From NCBI RefSeq assembly GCF_009914755.1, contig NC_060930.1: 64,000 nt of DNA; one strand, written 5' to 3'. The first letter of the stretch is position 1, and every line of letters begins with the position of its first letter. Below are positions 53,023 through 64,000 of this stretch, in pieces. The position numbers were made by a program, and so were the translations under genes. The notes under the pieces were generated by a model. That model saw nothing but the letters and a program-made list of their open reading frames with translations. It was not told the origin of the DNA and searched no databases. The stretch is from the human T2T-CHM13v2.0 reference genome, Homo sapiens.

Positions 53023-56000
53023 AACGGGATTTCTTCATCTAAACCTACAGAGAAGAATTCTCAGTAACTTCTTCGGATGTGTGCATTCGACTCACAGAAT
53101 GGAACATTCCCTTTGATAGAGCAGTTTTGAGACACCGTTTTTGTAGAATTCCCAAGTGGATATTTAGAGCACTTTGAAGTCTCTGCTAGAAAAGGAAACA
53201 TCTTCATGTAAAAAGTAGATAGAATCGTTCTCAGAAAGTGCTTAGTGACGTGTGCGTTCAACTCACAGAGTTTAACGTTTCTTTTGATAGAGCGTTTCTG
53301 AAACACCCTTCTTGTAGTAGCTGCAAGTGGATATTTGGACCTATTGGAGGCCTTCTTTGGAAATGGGATTTCTTCATGTAACTCTAGATTGAAGAGTTCT
53401 CAGAAACTCCTTTGTGATGTGTGCATTCAATTCAAAGAGTGAAACCTCCCTTTTCACAGAGCAGTTTTGAAACACTGTTTTTGTAGGATTTCCAAGGGGA
53501 TATTTATAGCGCATTGAGCCTACGGCGGAAAAAGAAACATCTTCCTATAAAAACTAGACAGAATACTTCTCAGAATCTGCTTTGCGATGTGTGCGTTCAA
53601 CTCACAGAGTAAAACTTCTTTTGATAGAGCAGTTTTGAAACACTCTTTTTGTAGTATTTGCATGTGTATATTTAGAGCGCATTGAAGCCCACAGTAGAAA
53701 AGGAAATAACTTCACCTAAAACCTAGACAGAAGCAATCACAGAAACTACTTTGTGATGTGTACATTCAACTCACAGAGTGGAACTTTCCTCTTTATAGAG
53801 CAGTGTTGAAACACTCTTTTTGTAGAAACTGCAAGTGGATATTTGGACCTCTTTGAGGCCTTCGTTGGAAACGGGATTTCTTCCTATAACCCTAGACAGA
53901 AGAATTTTCAGAAACCTCATTGTGATGTGTGCGTTCATCTCACAGAGTGGAGTCTTCCGTTTGATAGAGAAGTTTTGAAACCCTGTTCTTGTAGGATTTC
54001 CAAGTGGATATTTAGACCACTTTGAAGCCTATGATAGAAAAGGAAACATCTTCATGGAAAACATAGATAGAATCATCCTCAGAAACAACTTTGTGATGTG
54101 TGCGTTGAACTCACCGTCTTTAACCTTTCTTTTGGTAGAGAAGTTTTGAAACACTCTCTTTGTAAAGTCTACAAGTGGATATTTTGAGCCCTTGGAGGCA
54201 TTCTTTGGAAAAGGGAATGTCTTCACATAAAAGGCAGACGGAAGTGTTCTCAGAAACTGCTTTGTGATGTCTGTGTTCAACTCACAGAGTTTAACATTTC
54301 CTTTGATAGAGCGGTTTAGTAACCCTCTCTTTGTAGAATTTGGAAGTGTATACTAAGAGCGCTTTGAGGCCTATGGTAGAAAAGGAAATATCTTTCCATA
54401 AAAGCTAGACAGAAGCAATCTCAGAAACTCCTCTGTGATGTCTGCATTCAACTCACCGAGTGGAACATTCCTCTTGAGAGAGCAGTTTGGAAACACTCTT
54501 TCTGTAGAATCAGCTTGTTTGTATTTGGACCTCCTTGAGGCCTTCGTTGGAAACGGGTTTTCATCTTATAAACCCAGACAGAAGAATTCTCAGAGTCTTC
54601 TTTGTGATGTGTGCTTTCAACTCACCGATATAAAGATTTCTCTTGATAGAGCAATTTGGAAACACTCTTTTTGTAGAATTTGCAAGGGTACATTGAGAGC
54701 GCTTTCAGGCCTATGGTAGAAAAGGGAATATCTTTCCATAAAAGGTAGACAGAAGCAATCTCAGAAACTACTTTGTGATGTGTGCATTCAACTCACCGAG
54801 TGCAACGTTCCTCTTGACCGAGCAGTTTGGAAACATTGTTTCTGTAGAATCTGCAAGTGGATATTTGGACCTCTTTGAGGCCTTCGTTGGAAACGGGATT
54901 TCTTCCTATAAACCCAGACAGAAGAATTCTCAGAGACTTCTTTGTGATGTGTGAATTCAACTCACAGTGTGGATCCTTCCTTTTGATAGAGCAGTTTTGA
55001 AACCCTGTTTTTGTAGTATTTCCAAGCGGATATTTGGAACGCCTTGAAGCGTATGGTAGAAAAGGAAATATCTTCCCATAAAACCTAGACAGAACCAATC
55101 TCAGAAACGACTTTGTGATGTCTGCATTCAAGTCACAGAGTTGAACATTTCTCTTGATAGAGCAGTTTTGAAACCCTCTTTCTGAAGGATCTGCAAGTGG
55201 ATATTTGGAACTCCTTTGGGTCTTCGTTGGAAACGGGATTTCTTCGTATAAATCTAGACAGAAGAATTCTCCGAAACTTCTTTGGTTGTGTGCATTCAAG
55301 TCACAGAGTGGAACCTTCCTTTGGATAGAGCAGTTTGAAACGCCGTGGTTGTAGTATTTCCAAGCGGATATTAGAGCGCCTTGAGGCCTATGGTAGAAAA
55401 GGAAATATCTTCCCATAAAACCTAGACGGAAGCAATCTCAGAAACTACTGTGTGATGGCTGCATTCCACACACACGGTGGAACATTTCTCTTGATAGAGC
55501 AGTTTTGAAACACTCTTTCTGTAGAATCTGCAAGTGGATAATTGGACCGCCTTGAGGCCTTCGTTGGAAACGGGATTTCTTCATGTTACTCTAGATAGAA
55601 GAATTCTCAAACACTGCTATGTGATGTTTGCATTCAAGTCACAGAGTGCAACATTCCTCTTGGTAGAGCAGTTGGGAAACACTCCTTTTGTAGAATCTGC
55701 AATGGGATATTTGGACTTCTTTGAGGCCTTCGTTGGAAACGGGATTTCTTCGTATGAATCTAGACAGAAGAATTCTCAGAAACTTCCTTGTGATGTGTGC
55801 ATTCAACTCAGCGAGTGGCACCTTCCTTTGGATACAGCAGTTTTGAAACACTGTTTTTGTAGTATTTCCAAGCGGATATTTAGAGCGCCTTGAAGCCTAT
55901 GCTAGAAATGGAAATATCTCCCCATAAAACCAAGACGGAAGCAATCTCAGAAACTAATGTGTGATGGCTGCATTCCACACACACGGTGGACCATTTCTCT

Positions 56001-59000
56001 TGATAGAGCAGTTTTGAAACACTCTTTCTGTAGAATCTGCAAGTGGATAATTGGACCTCCTAGAGGCCTTCGTTGGAAACGGGATTTCTTCATCTAAACC
56101 TACAGAGAAGAATTCTCAGTAACTTCTTCGGATGTGTGCATTCGACTCACAGAATGGAACATTCCCTTTGATAGAGCAGTTTTGAGACACCGTTTTTGTA
56201 GAATTCCCAAGTGGATATTTAGAGCACTTTGAAGTCTCTGCTAGAAAAGGAAACATCTTCATGTAAAAAGTAGATAGAATCGTTCTCAGAAAGTGCTTAG
56301 TGACGTGTGCGTTCAACTCACAGAGTTTAACGTTTCTTTTGATAGAGCGTTTCTGAAACACCCTTCTTGTAGTAGCTGCAAGTGGATATTTGGACCTATT
56401 GGAGGCCTTCTTTGGAAATGGGATTTCTTCATGTAACTCTAGATTGAAGAGTTCTCAGAAACTCCTTTGTGATGTGTGCATTCAATTCAAAGAGTGAAAC
56501 CTCCCTTTTCACAGAGCAGTTTTGAAACACTGTTTTTGTAGGATTTCCAAGGGGATATTTATAGCGCATTGAGCCTACGGCGGAAAAAGAAACATCTTCC
56601 TATAAAAACTAGACAGAATACTTCTCAGAATCTGCTTTGCGATGTGTGCGTTCAACTCACAGAGTAAAACTTCTTTTGATAGAGCAGTTTTGAAACACTC
56701 TTTTTGTAGTATTTGCATGTGTATATTTAGAGCGCATTGAAGCCCACAGTAGAAAAGGAAATAACTTCACCTAAAACCTAGACAGAAGCAATCACAGAAA
56801 CTACTTTGTGATGTGTACATTCAACTCACAGAGTGGAACTTTCCTCTTTATAGAGCAGTGTTGAAACACTCTTTTTGTAGAAACTGCAAGTGGATATTTG
56901 GACCTCTTTGAGGCCTTCGTTGGAAACGGGATTTCTTCCTATAACCCTAGACAGAAGAATTTTCAGAAACCTCATTGTGATGTGTGCGTTCATCTCACAG
57001 AGTGGAGTCTTCCGTTTGATAGAGAAGTTTTGAAACCCTGTTCTTGTAGGATTTCCAAGTGGATATTTAGACCACTTTGAAGCCTATGATAGAAAAGGAA
57101 ACATCTTCATGGAAAACATAGATAGAATCATCCTCAGAAACAACTTTGTGATGTGTGCGTTGAACTCACCGTCTTTAACCTTTCTTTTGGTAGAGAAGTT
57201 TTGAAACACTCTCTTTGTAAAGTCTACAAGTGGATATTTTGAGCCCTTGGAGGCATTCTTTGGAAAAGGGAATGTCTTCACATAAAAGGCAGACGGAAGT
57301 GTTCTCAGAAACTGCTTTGTGATGTCTGTGTTCAACTCACAGAGTTTAACATTTCCTTTGATAGAGCGGTTTAGTAACCCTCTCTTTGTAGAATTTGGAA
57401 GTGTATACTAAGAGCGCTTTGAGGCCTATGGTAGAAAAGGAAATATCTTTCCATAAAAGCTAGACAGAAGCAATCTCAGAAACTCCTCTGTGATGTCTGC
57501 ATTCAACTCACCGAGTGGAACATTCCTCTTGAGAGAGCAGTTTGGAAACACTCTTTCTGTAGAATCAGCTTGTTTGTATTTGGACCTCCTTGAGGCCTTC
57601 GTTGGAAACGGGTTTTCATCTTATAAACCCAGACAGAAGAATTCTCAGAGTCTTCTTTGTGATGTGTGCTTTCAACTCACCGATATAAAGATTTCTCTTG
57701 ATAGAGCAATTTGGAAACACTCTTTTTGTAGAATTTGCAAGGGTACATTGAGAGCGCTTTCAGGCCTATGGTAGAAAAGGGAATATCTTTCCATAAAAGG
57801 TAGACAGAAGCAATCTCAGAAACTACTTTGTGATGTGTGCATTCAACTCACCGAGTGCAACGTTCCTCTTGACCGAGCAGTTTGGAAACATTGTTTCTGT
57901 AGAATCTGCAAGTGGATATTTGGACCTCTTTGAGGCCTTCGTTGGAAACGGGATTTCTTCCTATAAACCCAGACAGAAGAATTCTCAGAGACTTCTTTGT
58001 GATGTGTGAATTCAACTCACAGTGTGGATCCTTCCTTTTGATAGAGCAGTTTTGAAACCCTGTTTTTGTAGTATTTCCAAGCGGATATTTGGAACGCCTT
58101 GAAGCGTATGGTAGAAAAGGAAATATCTTCCCATAAAACCTAGACAGAACCAATCTCAGAAACGACTTTGTGATGTCTGCATTCAAGTCACAGAGTTGAA
58201 CATTTCTCTTGATAGAGCAGTTTTGAAACCCTCTTTCTGAAGGATCTGCAAGTGGATATTTGGAACTCCTTTGGGTCTTCGTTGGAAACGGGATTTCTTC
58301 GTATAAATCTAGACAGAAGAATTCTCCGAAACTTCTTTGGTTGTGTGCATTCAAGTCACAGAGTGGAACCTTCCTTTGGATAGAGCAGTTTGAAACGCCG
58401 TGGTTGTAGTATTTCCAAGCGGATATTAGAGCGCCTTGAGGCCTATGGTAGAAAAGGAAATATCTTCCCATAAAACCTAGACGGAAGCAATCTCAGAAAC
58501 TACTGTGTGATGGCTGCATTCCACACACACGGTGGAACATTTCTCTTGATAGAGCAGTTTTGAAACACTCTTTCTGTAGAATCTGCAAGTGGATAATTGG
58601 ACCGCCTTGAGGCCTTCGTTGGAAACGGGATTTCTTCATGTTACTCTAGATAGAAGAATTCTCAAACACTGCTATGTGATGTTTGCATTCAAGTCACAGA
58701 GTGCAACATTCCTCTTGGTAGAGCAGTTGGGAAACACTCCTTTTGTAGAATCTGCAATGGGATATTTGGACTTCTTTGAGGCCTTCGTTGGAAACGGGAT
58801 TTCTTCGTATGAATCTAGACAGAAGAATTCTCAGAAACTTCCTTGTGATGTGTGCATTCAACTCAGCGAGTGGCACCTTCCTTTGGATACAGCAGTTTTG
58901 AAACACTGTTTTTGTAGTATTTCCAAGCGGATATTTAGAGCGCCTTGAAGCCTATGCTAGAAATGGAAATATCTCCCCATAAAACCAAGACGGAAGCAAT

Positions 59001-59132
59001 CTCAGAAACTAATGTGTGATGGCTGCATTCCACACACACGGTGGACCATTTCTCTTGATAGAGCAGTTTTGAAACACTCTTTCTGTAGAATCTGCAAGTG
59101 GATAATTGGACCTCCTAGAGGCCTTCGTTGGA
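53023..59132 (+). repeat. HOR units U20-U21, two 18-mers of 3055 bp sharing a 2-bp deletion (starts 53023, 56078)
   Basis: Marker spacings are 3055; AAAACTTCTTTTGAT replaces AAAACTTTTCTTTTGAT at ~53616 and ~56671. Confidence 0.95.
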
Positions 59133-61683
59133 AACGGGATTTCTTCATCTAAACCTACAGAGAAGAATTCTCAGTAACTTCTTCGGATGTGTGCATTCGA
59201 CTCACAGAATGGAACATTCCCTTTGATAGAGCAGTTTTGAGACACCGTTTTTGTAGAATTCCCAAGTGGATATTTAGAGCACTTTGAAGTCTCTGCTAGA
59301 AAAGGAAACATCTTCATGTAAAAAGTAGATAGAATCGTTCTCAGAAAGTGCTTAGTGACGTGTGCGTTCAACTCACAGAGTTTAACGTTTCTTTTGATAG
59401 AGCGTTTCTGAAACACCCTTCTTGTAGTAGCTGCAAGTGGATATTTGGACCTATTGGAGGCCTTCTTTGGAAATGGGATTTCTTCATGTAACTCTAGATT
59501 GAAGAGTTCTCAGAAACTCCTTTGTGATGTGTGCATTCAATTCAAAGAGTGAAACCTCCCTTTTCACAGAGCAGTTTTGAAACACTGTTTTTGTAGGATT
59601 TCCAAGGGGATATTTATAGCGCATTGAGCCTACGGCGGAAAAAGAAACATCTTCCTATAAAAACTAGACAGAATACTTCTCAGAATCTGCTTTGCGATGT
59701 GTGCGTTCAACTCACAGAGTAAAACTTTTCTTTTGATAGAGCAGTTTTGAAACACTCTTTTTGTAGTATTTGCATGTGTATATTTAGAGCGCATTGAAGC
59801 CCACAGTAGAAAAGGAAATAACTTCACCTAAAACCTAGACAGAAGCAATCACAGAAACTACTTTGTGATGTGTACATTCAACTCACAGAGTGGAACTTTC
59901 CTCTTTATAGAGCAGTGTTGAAACACTCTTTTTGTAGAAACTGCAAGTGGATATTTGGACCTCTTTGAGGCCTTCGTTGGAAACGGGATTTCTTCCTATA
60001 ACCCTAGACAGAAGAATTTTCAGAAACCTCATTGTGATGTGTGCGTTCATCTCACAGAGTGGAGTCTTCCGTTTGATAGAGAAGTTTTGAAACCCTGTTC
60101 TTGTAGGATTTCCAAGTGGATATTTAGACCACTTTGAAGCCTATGATAGAAAAGGAAACATCTTCATGGAAAACATAGATAGAATCATCCTCAGAAACAA
60201 CTTTGTGATGTGTGCGTTGAACTCACCGTCTTTAACCTTTCTTTTGGTAGAGAAGTTTTGAAACACTCTCTTTGTAAAGTCTACAAGTGGATATTTTGAG
60301 CCCTTGGAGGCATTCTTTGGAAAAGGGAATGTCTTCACATAAAAGGCAGACGGAAGTGTTCTCAGAAACTGCTTTGTGATGTCTGTGTTCAACTCACAGA
60401 GTTTAACATTTCCTTTGATAGAGCGGTTTAGTAACCCTCTCTTTGTAGAATTTGGAAGTGTATACTAAGAGCGCTTTGAGGCCTATGGTAGAAAAGGAAA
60501 TATCTTTCCATAAAAGCTAGACAGAAGCAATCTCAGAAACTCCTCTGTGATGTCTGCATTCAACTCACCGAGTGGAACATTCCTCTTGAGAGAGCAGTTT
60601 GGAAACACTCTTTCTGTAGAATCAGCTTGTTTGTATTTGGACCTCCTTGAGGCCTTCGTTGGAAACGGGTTTTCATCTTATAAACCCAGACAGAAGAATT
60701 CTCAGAGTCTTCTTTGTGATGTGTGCTTTCAACTCACCGAGATAAAGATTTCTCTTGATAGAGCAATTTGGAAACACTCTTTTTGTAGAATTTGCAAGGG
60801 TACATTGAGAGCGTTTTCAGGACTATGGTAGAAAAGGGAATATCTTTCCATAAAAGGTAGACAGAAGCAATCTCAGAAACTACTTTGTGATGTGTGCATT
60901 CAACTCACCGAGTGCAACGTTCCTCTTGACCGAGCAGTTTGGAAACATTGTTTCTGTAGAATCTGCAAGTGGATATTTGGACCTCTTTGAGGCCTTCGTT
61001 GGAAACGGGATTTCTTCCTATAAACCCAGACAGAAGAATTCTCAGAGACTTCTTTGTGATGTGTGAATTCAACTCACAGTGTGGATCCTTCCTTTTGATA
61101 GAGCAGTTTTGAAACCCTGTTTTTGTAGTATTTCCAAGCGGATATTTGGAACGCCTTGAAGCGTATGGTAGAAAAGGAAATATCTTCCCATAAAACCTAG
61201 ACAGAACCAATCTCAGAAACGACTTTGTGATGTCTGCATTCAAGTCACAGAGTTGAACATTTCTCTTGATAGAGCAGTTTTGAAACCCTCTTTCTGAAGG
61301 ATCTGCAAGTGGATATTTGGAACTCCTTTGGGTCTTCGTTGGAAACGGGATTTCTTCGTATAAATCTAGACAGAAGAATTCTCAGAAACTTCCTTGTGAT
61401 GTGTGCATTCAACTCAGCGAGTGGCACCTTCCTTTGGATACAGCAGTTTTGAAACACTGTTTTTGTAGTATTTCCAAGCGGATATTTAGAGCGCCTTGAA
61501 GCCTATGCTAGAAATGGAAATATCTCCCCATAAAACCAAGACGGAAGCAATCTCAGAAACTAATGTGTGATGGCTGCATTCCACACACACGGTGGACCAT
61601 TTCTCTTGATAGAGCAGTTTTGAAACACTCTTTCTGTAGAATCTGCAAGTGGATAATTGGACCTCCGAGAGGCCTTCGTTGGA
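59133..61683 (+). repeat. HOR unit U22, 15-mer
   Basis: Marker spacing 59171->61722 = 2551. Confidence 0.95.
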
Positions 61684-64000
61684 AACGGGATTTCTTCATC
61701 TAAACCTACAGAGAAGTATTCTCAGTAACTTCTTCGGATGTGTGCATTCGACGCACAGAATGGAACATTCCCTTTGATAGAGCAGTTTTGAGACACCGTT
61801 TTTGTAGAATTCCCAAGTGGATATTTAGAGCACTTTGAAGTCTCTGCTAGAAAAGGAAACATCTTCATGTAAAAAGTAGATAGAATCGTTCTCAGAAAGT
61901 GCTTAGTGTCGTGTGCGTTCAACTCACAGAGTTTAACGTTTCTTTTGATAGAGCGTTTCTGAAACACCCTTCTTGTAGTAGCTGCAAGTGGATATTTGGA
62001 CCTATTGGAGGCCTTCTTTGGAAATGGGATTTCTTCATGTAACTCTAGATTGAAGAATTCTCAGAAACTCCTTTGTGATGTGTGCATTCAATTCAAAGAG
62101 TGAAACCTCTCTTTTCACAGAGCAGTTTTGAAACACTGTTTTTGTAGGATTTCCAAGGGGATATTTATAGCGCATTGAGCCTACGGCGGAAAAAGAAACA
62201 TCTTCCTATAAAAACTAGACAGAATACTTCTCAGAATCTGCTTTGCGATGTGTGCGTTCAACTCACAGAGTAAAACTTTTCTTTTGATAGAGCAGTTTTG
62301 AAACACTCTTTTTGTAGTATTTGCATGTGTATATTTAGAGCGCATTGAAGCCCACAGTAGAAAAGGAAATAACTTCACCTAAAACCTAGACAGAAGCAAT
62401 CACAGAAACTACTTTGTGATGTGTACATTCAACTCACAGAGTGGAACTTTCCTCTTTATAGAGCAGTGTTGAAACACTCTTTTTGTAGAAACTGCAAGTG
62501 GATATTTGGACCTCTTTGAGGCCTTCGTTGGAAACGGGATTTCTTCCTATAACCCTAGACAGAAGAATTTTCAGAAACCTCATTGTGATGTGTGCGTTCA
62601 TCTCACAGAGTGGAGTCTTCCGTTTGATAGAGAAGTTTTGAAACCCTGTTCTTGTAGGATTTCCAAGTGGATATTTAGACCACTTTGAAGCCTATGATAG
62701 AAAAGGAAACATCTTCATGGAAAACATAGATAGAATCATCCTCAGAAACAACTTTGTGATGTGTGCGTTGAACTCACCGTCTTTAACCTTTCTTTTGGTA
62801 GAGAAGTTTTGAAACACTCTCTTTGTAAAGTCTACAAGTGGATATTTTGAGCCCTTGGAGGCATTCTTTGGAAAAGGGAATGTCTTCACATAAAAGGCAG
62901 ACGGAAGTGTTCTCAGAAACTGCTTTGTGATGTCTGTGTTCAACTCACAGAGTTTAACATTTCCTTTGATAGAGCGGTTTAGTAACCCTCTCTTTGTAGA
63001 ATTTGGAAGTGTATACTAAGAGCGCTTTGAGGCCTATGGTAGAAAAGGAAATATCTTTCCATAAAAGCTAGACAGAAGCAATCTCAGAAACTCCTCTGTG
63101 ATGTCTGCATTCAACTCACCGAGTGGAACATTCCTCTTGAGAGAGCAGTTTGGAAACACTCTTTCTGTAGAATCAGCTTGTTTGTATTTGGACCTCCTTG
63201 AGGCCTTCGTTGGAAACGGGTTTTCATCTTATAAACCCAGACAGAAGAATTCTCAGAGTCTTCTTTGTGATGTGTGCTTTCAACTCACCGAGATAAAGAT
63301 TTCTCTTGATAGAGCAATTTGGAAACACTCTTTTTGTAGAATTTGCAAGGGTACATTGAGAGCGCTTTCAGGCCTATGGTAGAAAAGGGAATATCTTTCC
63401 ATAAAAGGTAGACAGAAGCAATCTCAGAAACTACTTTGTGATGTGTGCATTCAACTCACCGAGTGCAACGTTCCTCTTGACCGAGCAGTTTGGAAACATT
63501 GTTTCTGTAGAATCTGCAAGTGGATATTTGGACCTCTTTGAGGCCTTCGTTGGAAACGGGATTTCTTCCTATAAACCCAGACAGAAGAATTCTCAGAGAC
63601 TTCTTTGTGATGTGTGAATTCAACTCACAGTGTGGATCCTTCCTTTTGATAGAGCAGTTTTGAAACCCTGTTTTTGTAGTATTTCCAAGCGGATATTTGG
63701 AACGCCTTGAAGCGTATGGTAGAAAAGGAAATATCTTCCCATAAAACCTAGACAGAACCAATCTCAGAAACGACTTTGTGATGTCTGCATTCAAGTCACA
63801 GAGTTGAACATTTCTCTTGATAGAGCAGTTTTGAAACCCTCTTTCTGAAGGATCTGCAAGTGGATATTTGGAACTCCTTTGGGTCTTCGTTGGAAACGGG
63901 ATTTCTTCGTATAAATCTAGACAGAAGAATTCTCAGAAACTTCCTTGTGATGTGTGCATTCAACTCAGCGAGTGGCACCTTCCTTTGGATACAGCAGTTT
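61684..64000 (+). repeat. HOR unit U23, 15-mer type, truncated by the window end
   Basis: Standard 15-mer junction TATAAATCTAGACAGAAGAATTCTCAGAAACTTCC at ~63910-63944. Confidence 0.92.

Larger units (their letters stand above)
1..64000 (+). repeat. Centromeric alpha-satellite higher-order repeat array, probably human chr6 D6Z1 (S1C6H1L), mixed 18-mer/15-mer HORs
   Basis: ~170-bp monomers carry alpha-satellite hallmark motifs (CATTCAACTCACAGAG, TTTTGATAGAGCAGTTTTGAAACAC, TGTAGAATCTGCAAGTGGATATTTG) and CENP-B boxes CTTCGTTGGAAACGGGA. Identical ORFs recur at 2551/3057-bp spacing. One GGATCC is seen per HOR (e.g. 1951-1956). Alpha-satellite identity is essentially certain; the D6Z1 assignment rests on recalled unit size (18-mer, ~3 kb BamHI repeat), confidence ~0.85. 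Confidence 0.98.

Noticed and set aside
16051-61667. Isolated singleton substitutions (e.g. ~16051, 30310, 38473, 42999, 51011, 52744, 60822, 61667)
   Set aside because: Each is seen once and cannot be distinguished from ordinary point mutation or consensus error without reads.
39-63978. About 170 ORFs of 60-207 aa repeating with the HOR
   Set aside because: They are translations of alpha satellite on both strands, with internal ~57-aa periodicity and no recognisable domain. They are gained or lost through repeat indels (e.g. the 65-aa ORF is absent in U20/U21) and are used here only as position markers.
1-64000. Possible L1/Alu insertion, inversion or array edge
   Set aside because: Every unit length is accounted for exactly (2550, 2551, 3055 or 3057 bp) and orientation is constant, leaving no room for foreign sequence.
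1-64000. A fixed super-HOR period (e.g. 15+18 = 5608 bp) or a coded pattern in the 15/18 order
   Set aside because: Alternation holds only over U10-U14 and runs vary from 1 to 4. Local duplications explain the order.

Overview
The whole 64 kb window is one uninterrupted, head-to-tail array of primate (almost certainly human) centromeric alpha-satellite DNA. It consists of ~170-bp monomers with CENP-B boxes, organised as a very homogeneous higher-order repeat (HOR). Two HOR forms are interspersed: a 3057-bp 18-mer (11 copies, two of them 3055 bp) and a 15-mer lacking 3 monomers (ten complete 2551-bp copies, one 2550-bp copy with a different junction, and a truncated last copy). The ~3-kb 18-mer with one BamHI site matches the chromosome 6 active array D6Z1 (S1C6H1L); this assignment is from recall, not from a search. 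With arbitrary phase at base 1, the order is 15,15,18,15,15,15,18,18,18,18,15,18,15,18,18,15,15,15*,18,18,18,15,15(partial). I found no genes, RNA genes, transposon insertions, inversions or CRISPR arrays, and all listed ORFs are artefacts of the repeat. I did not find a new gene-based system. The interesting signal is in array evolution: a mappable deletion junction, a unique second junction, SNPs perfectly linked to HOR structure, recent local tandem amplifications and apparent short conversion tracts. Variant calls were read by eye and assume an accurate assembly.
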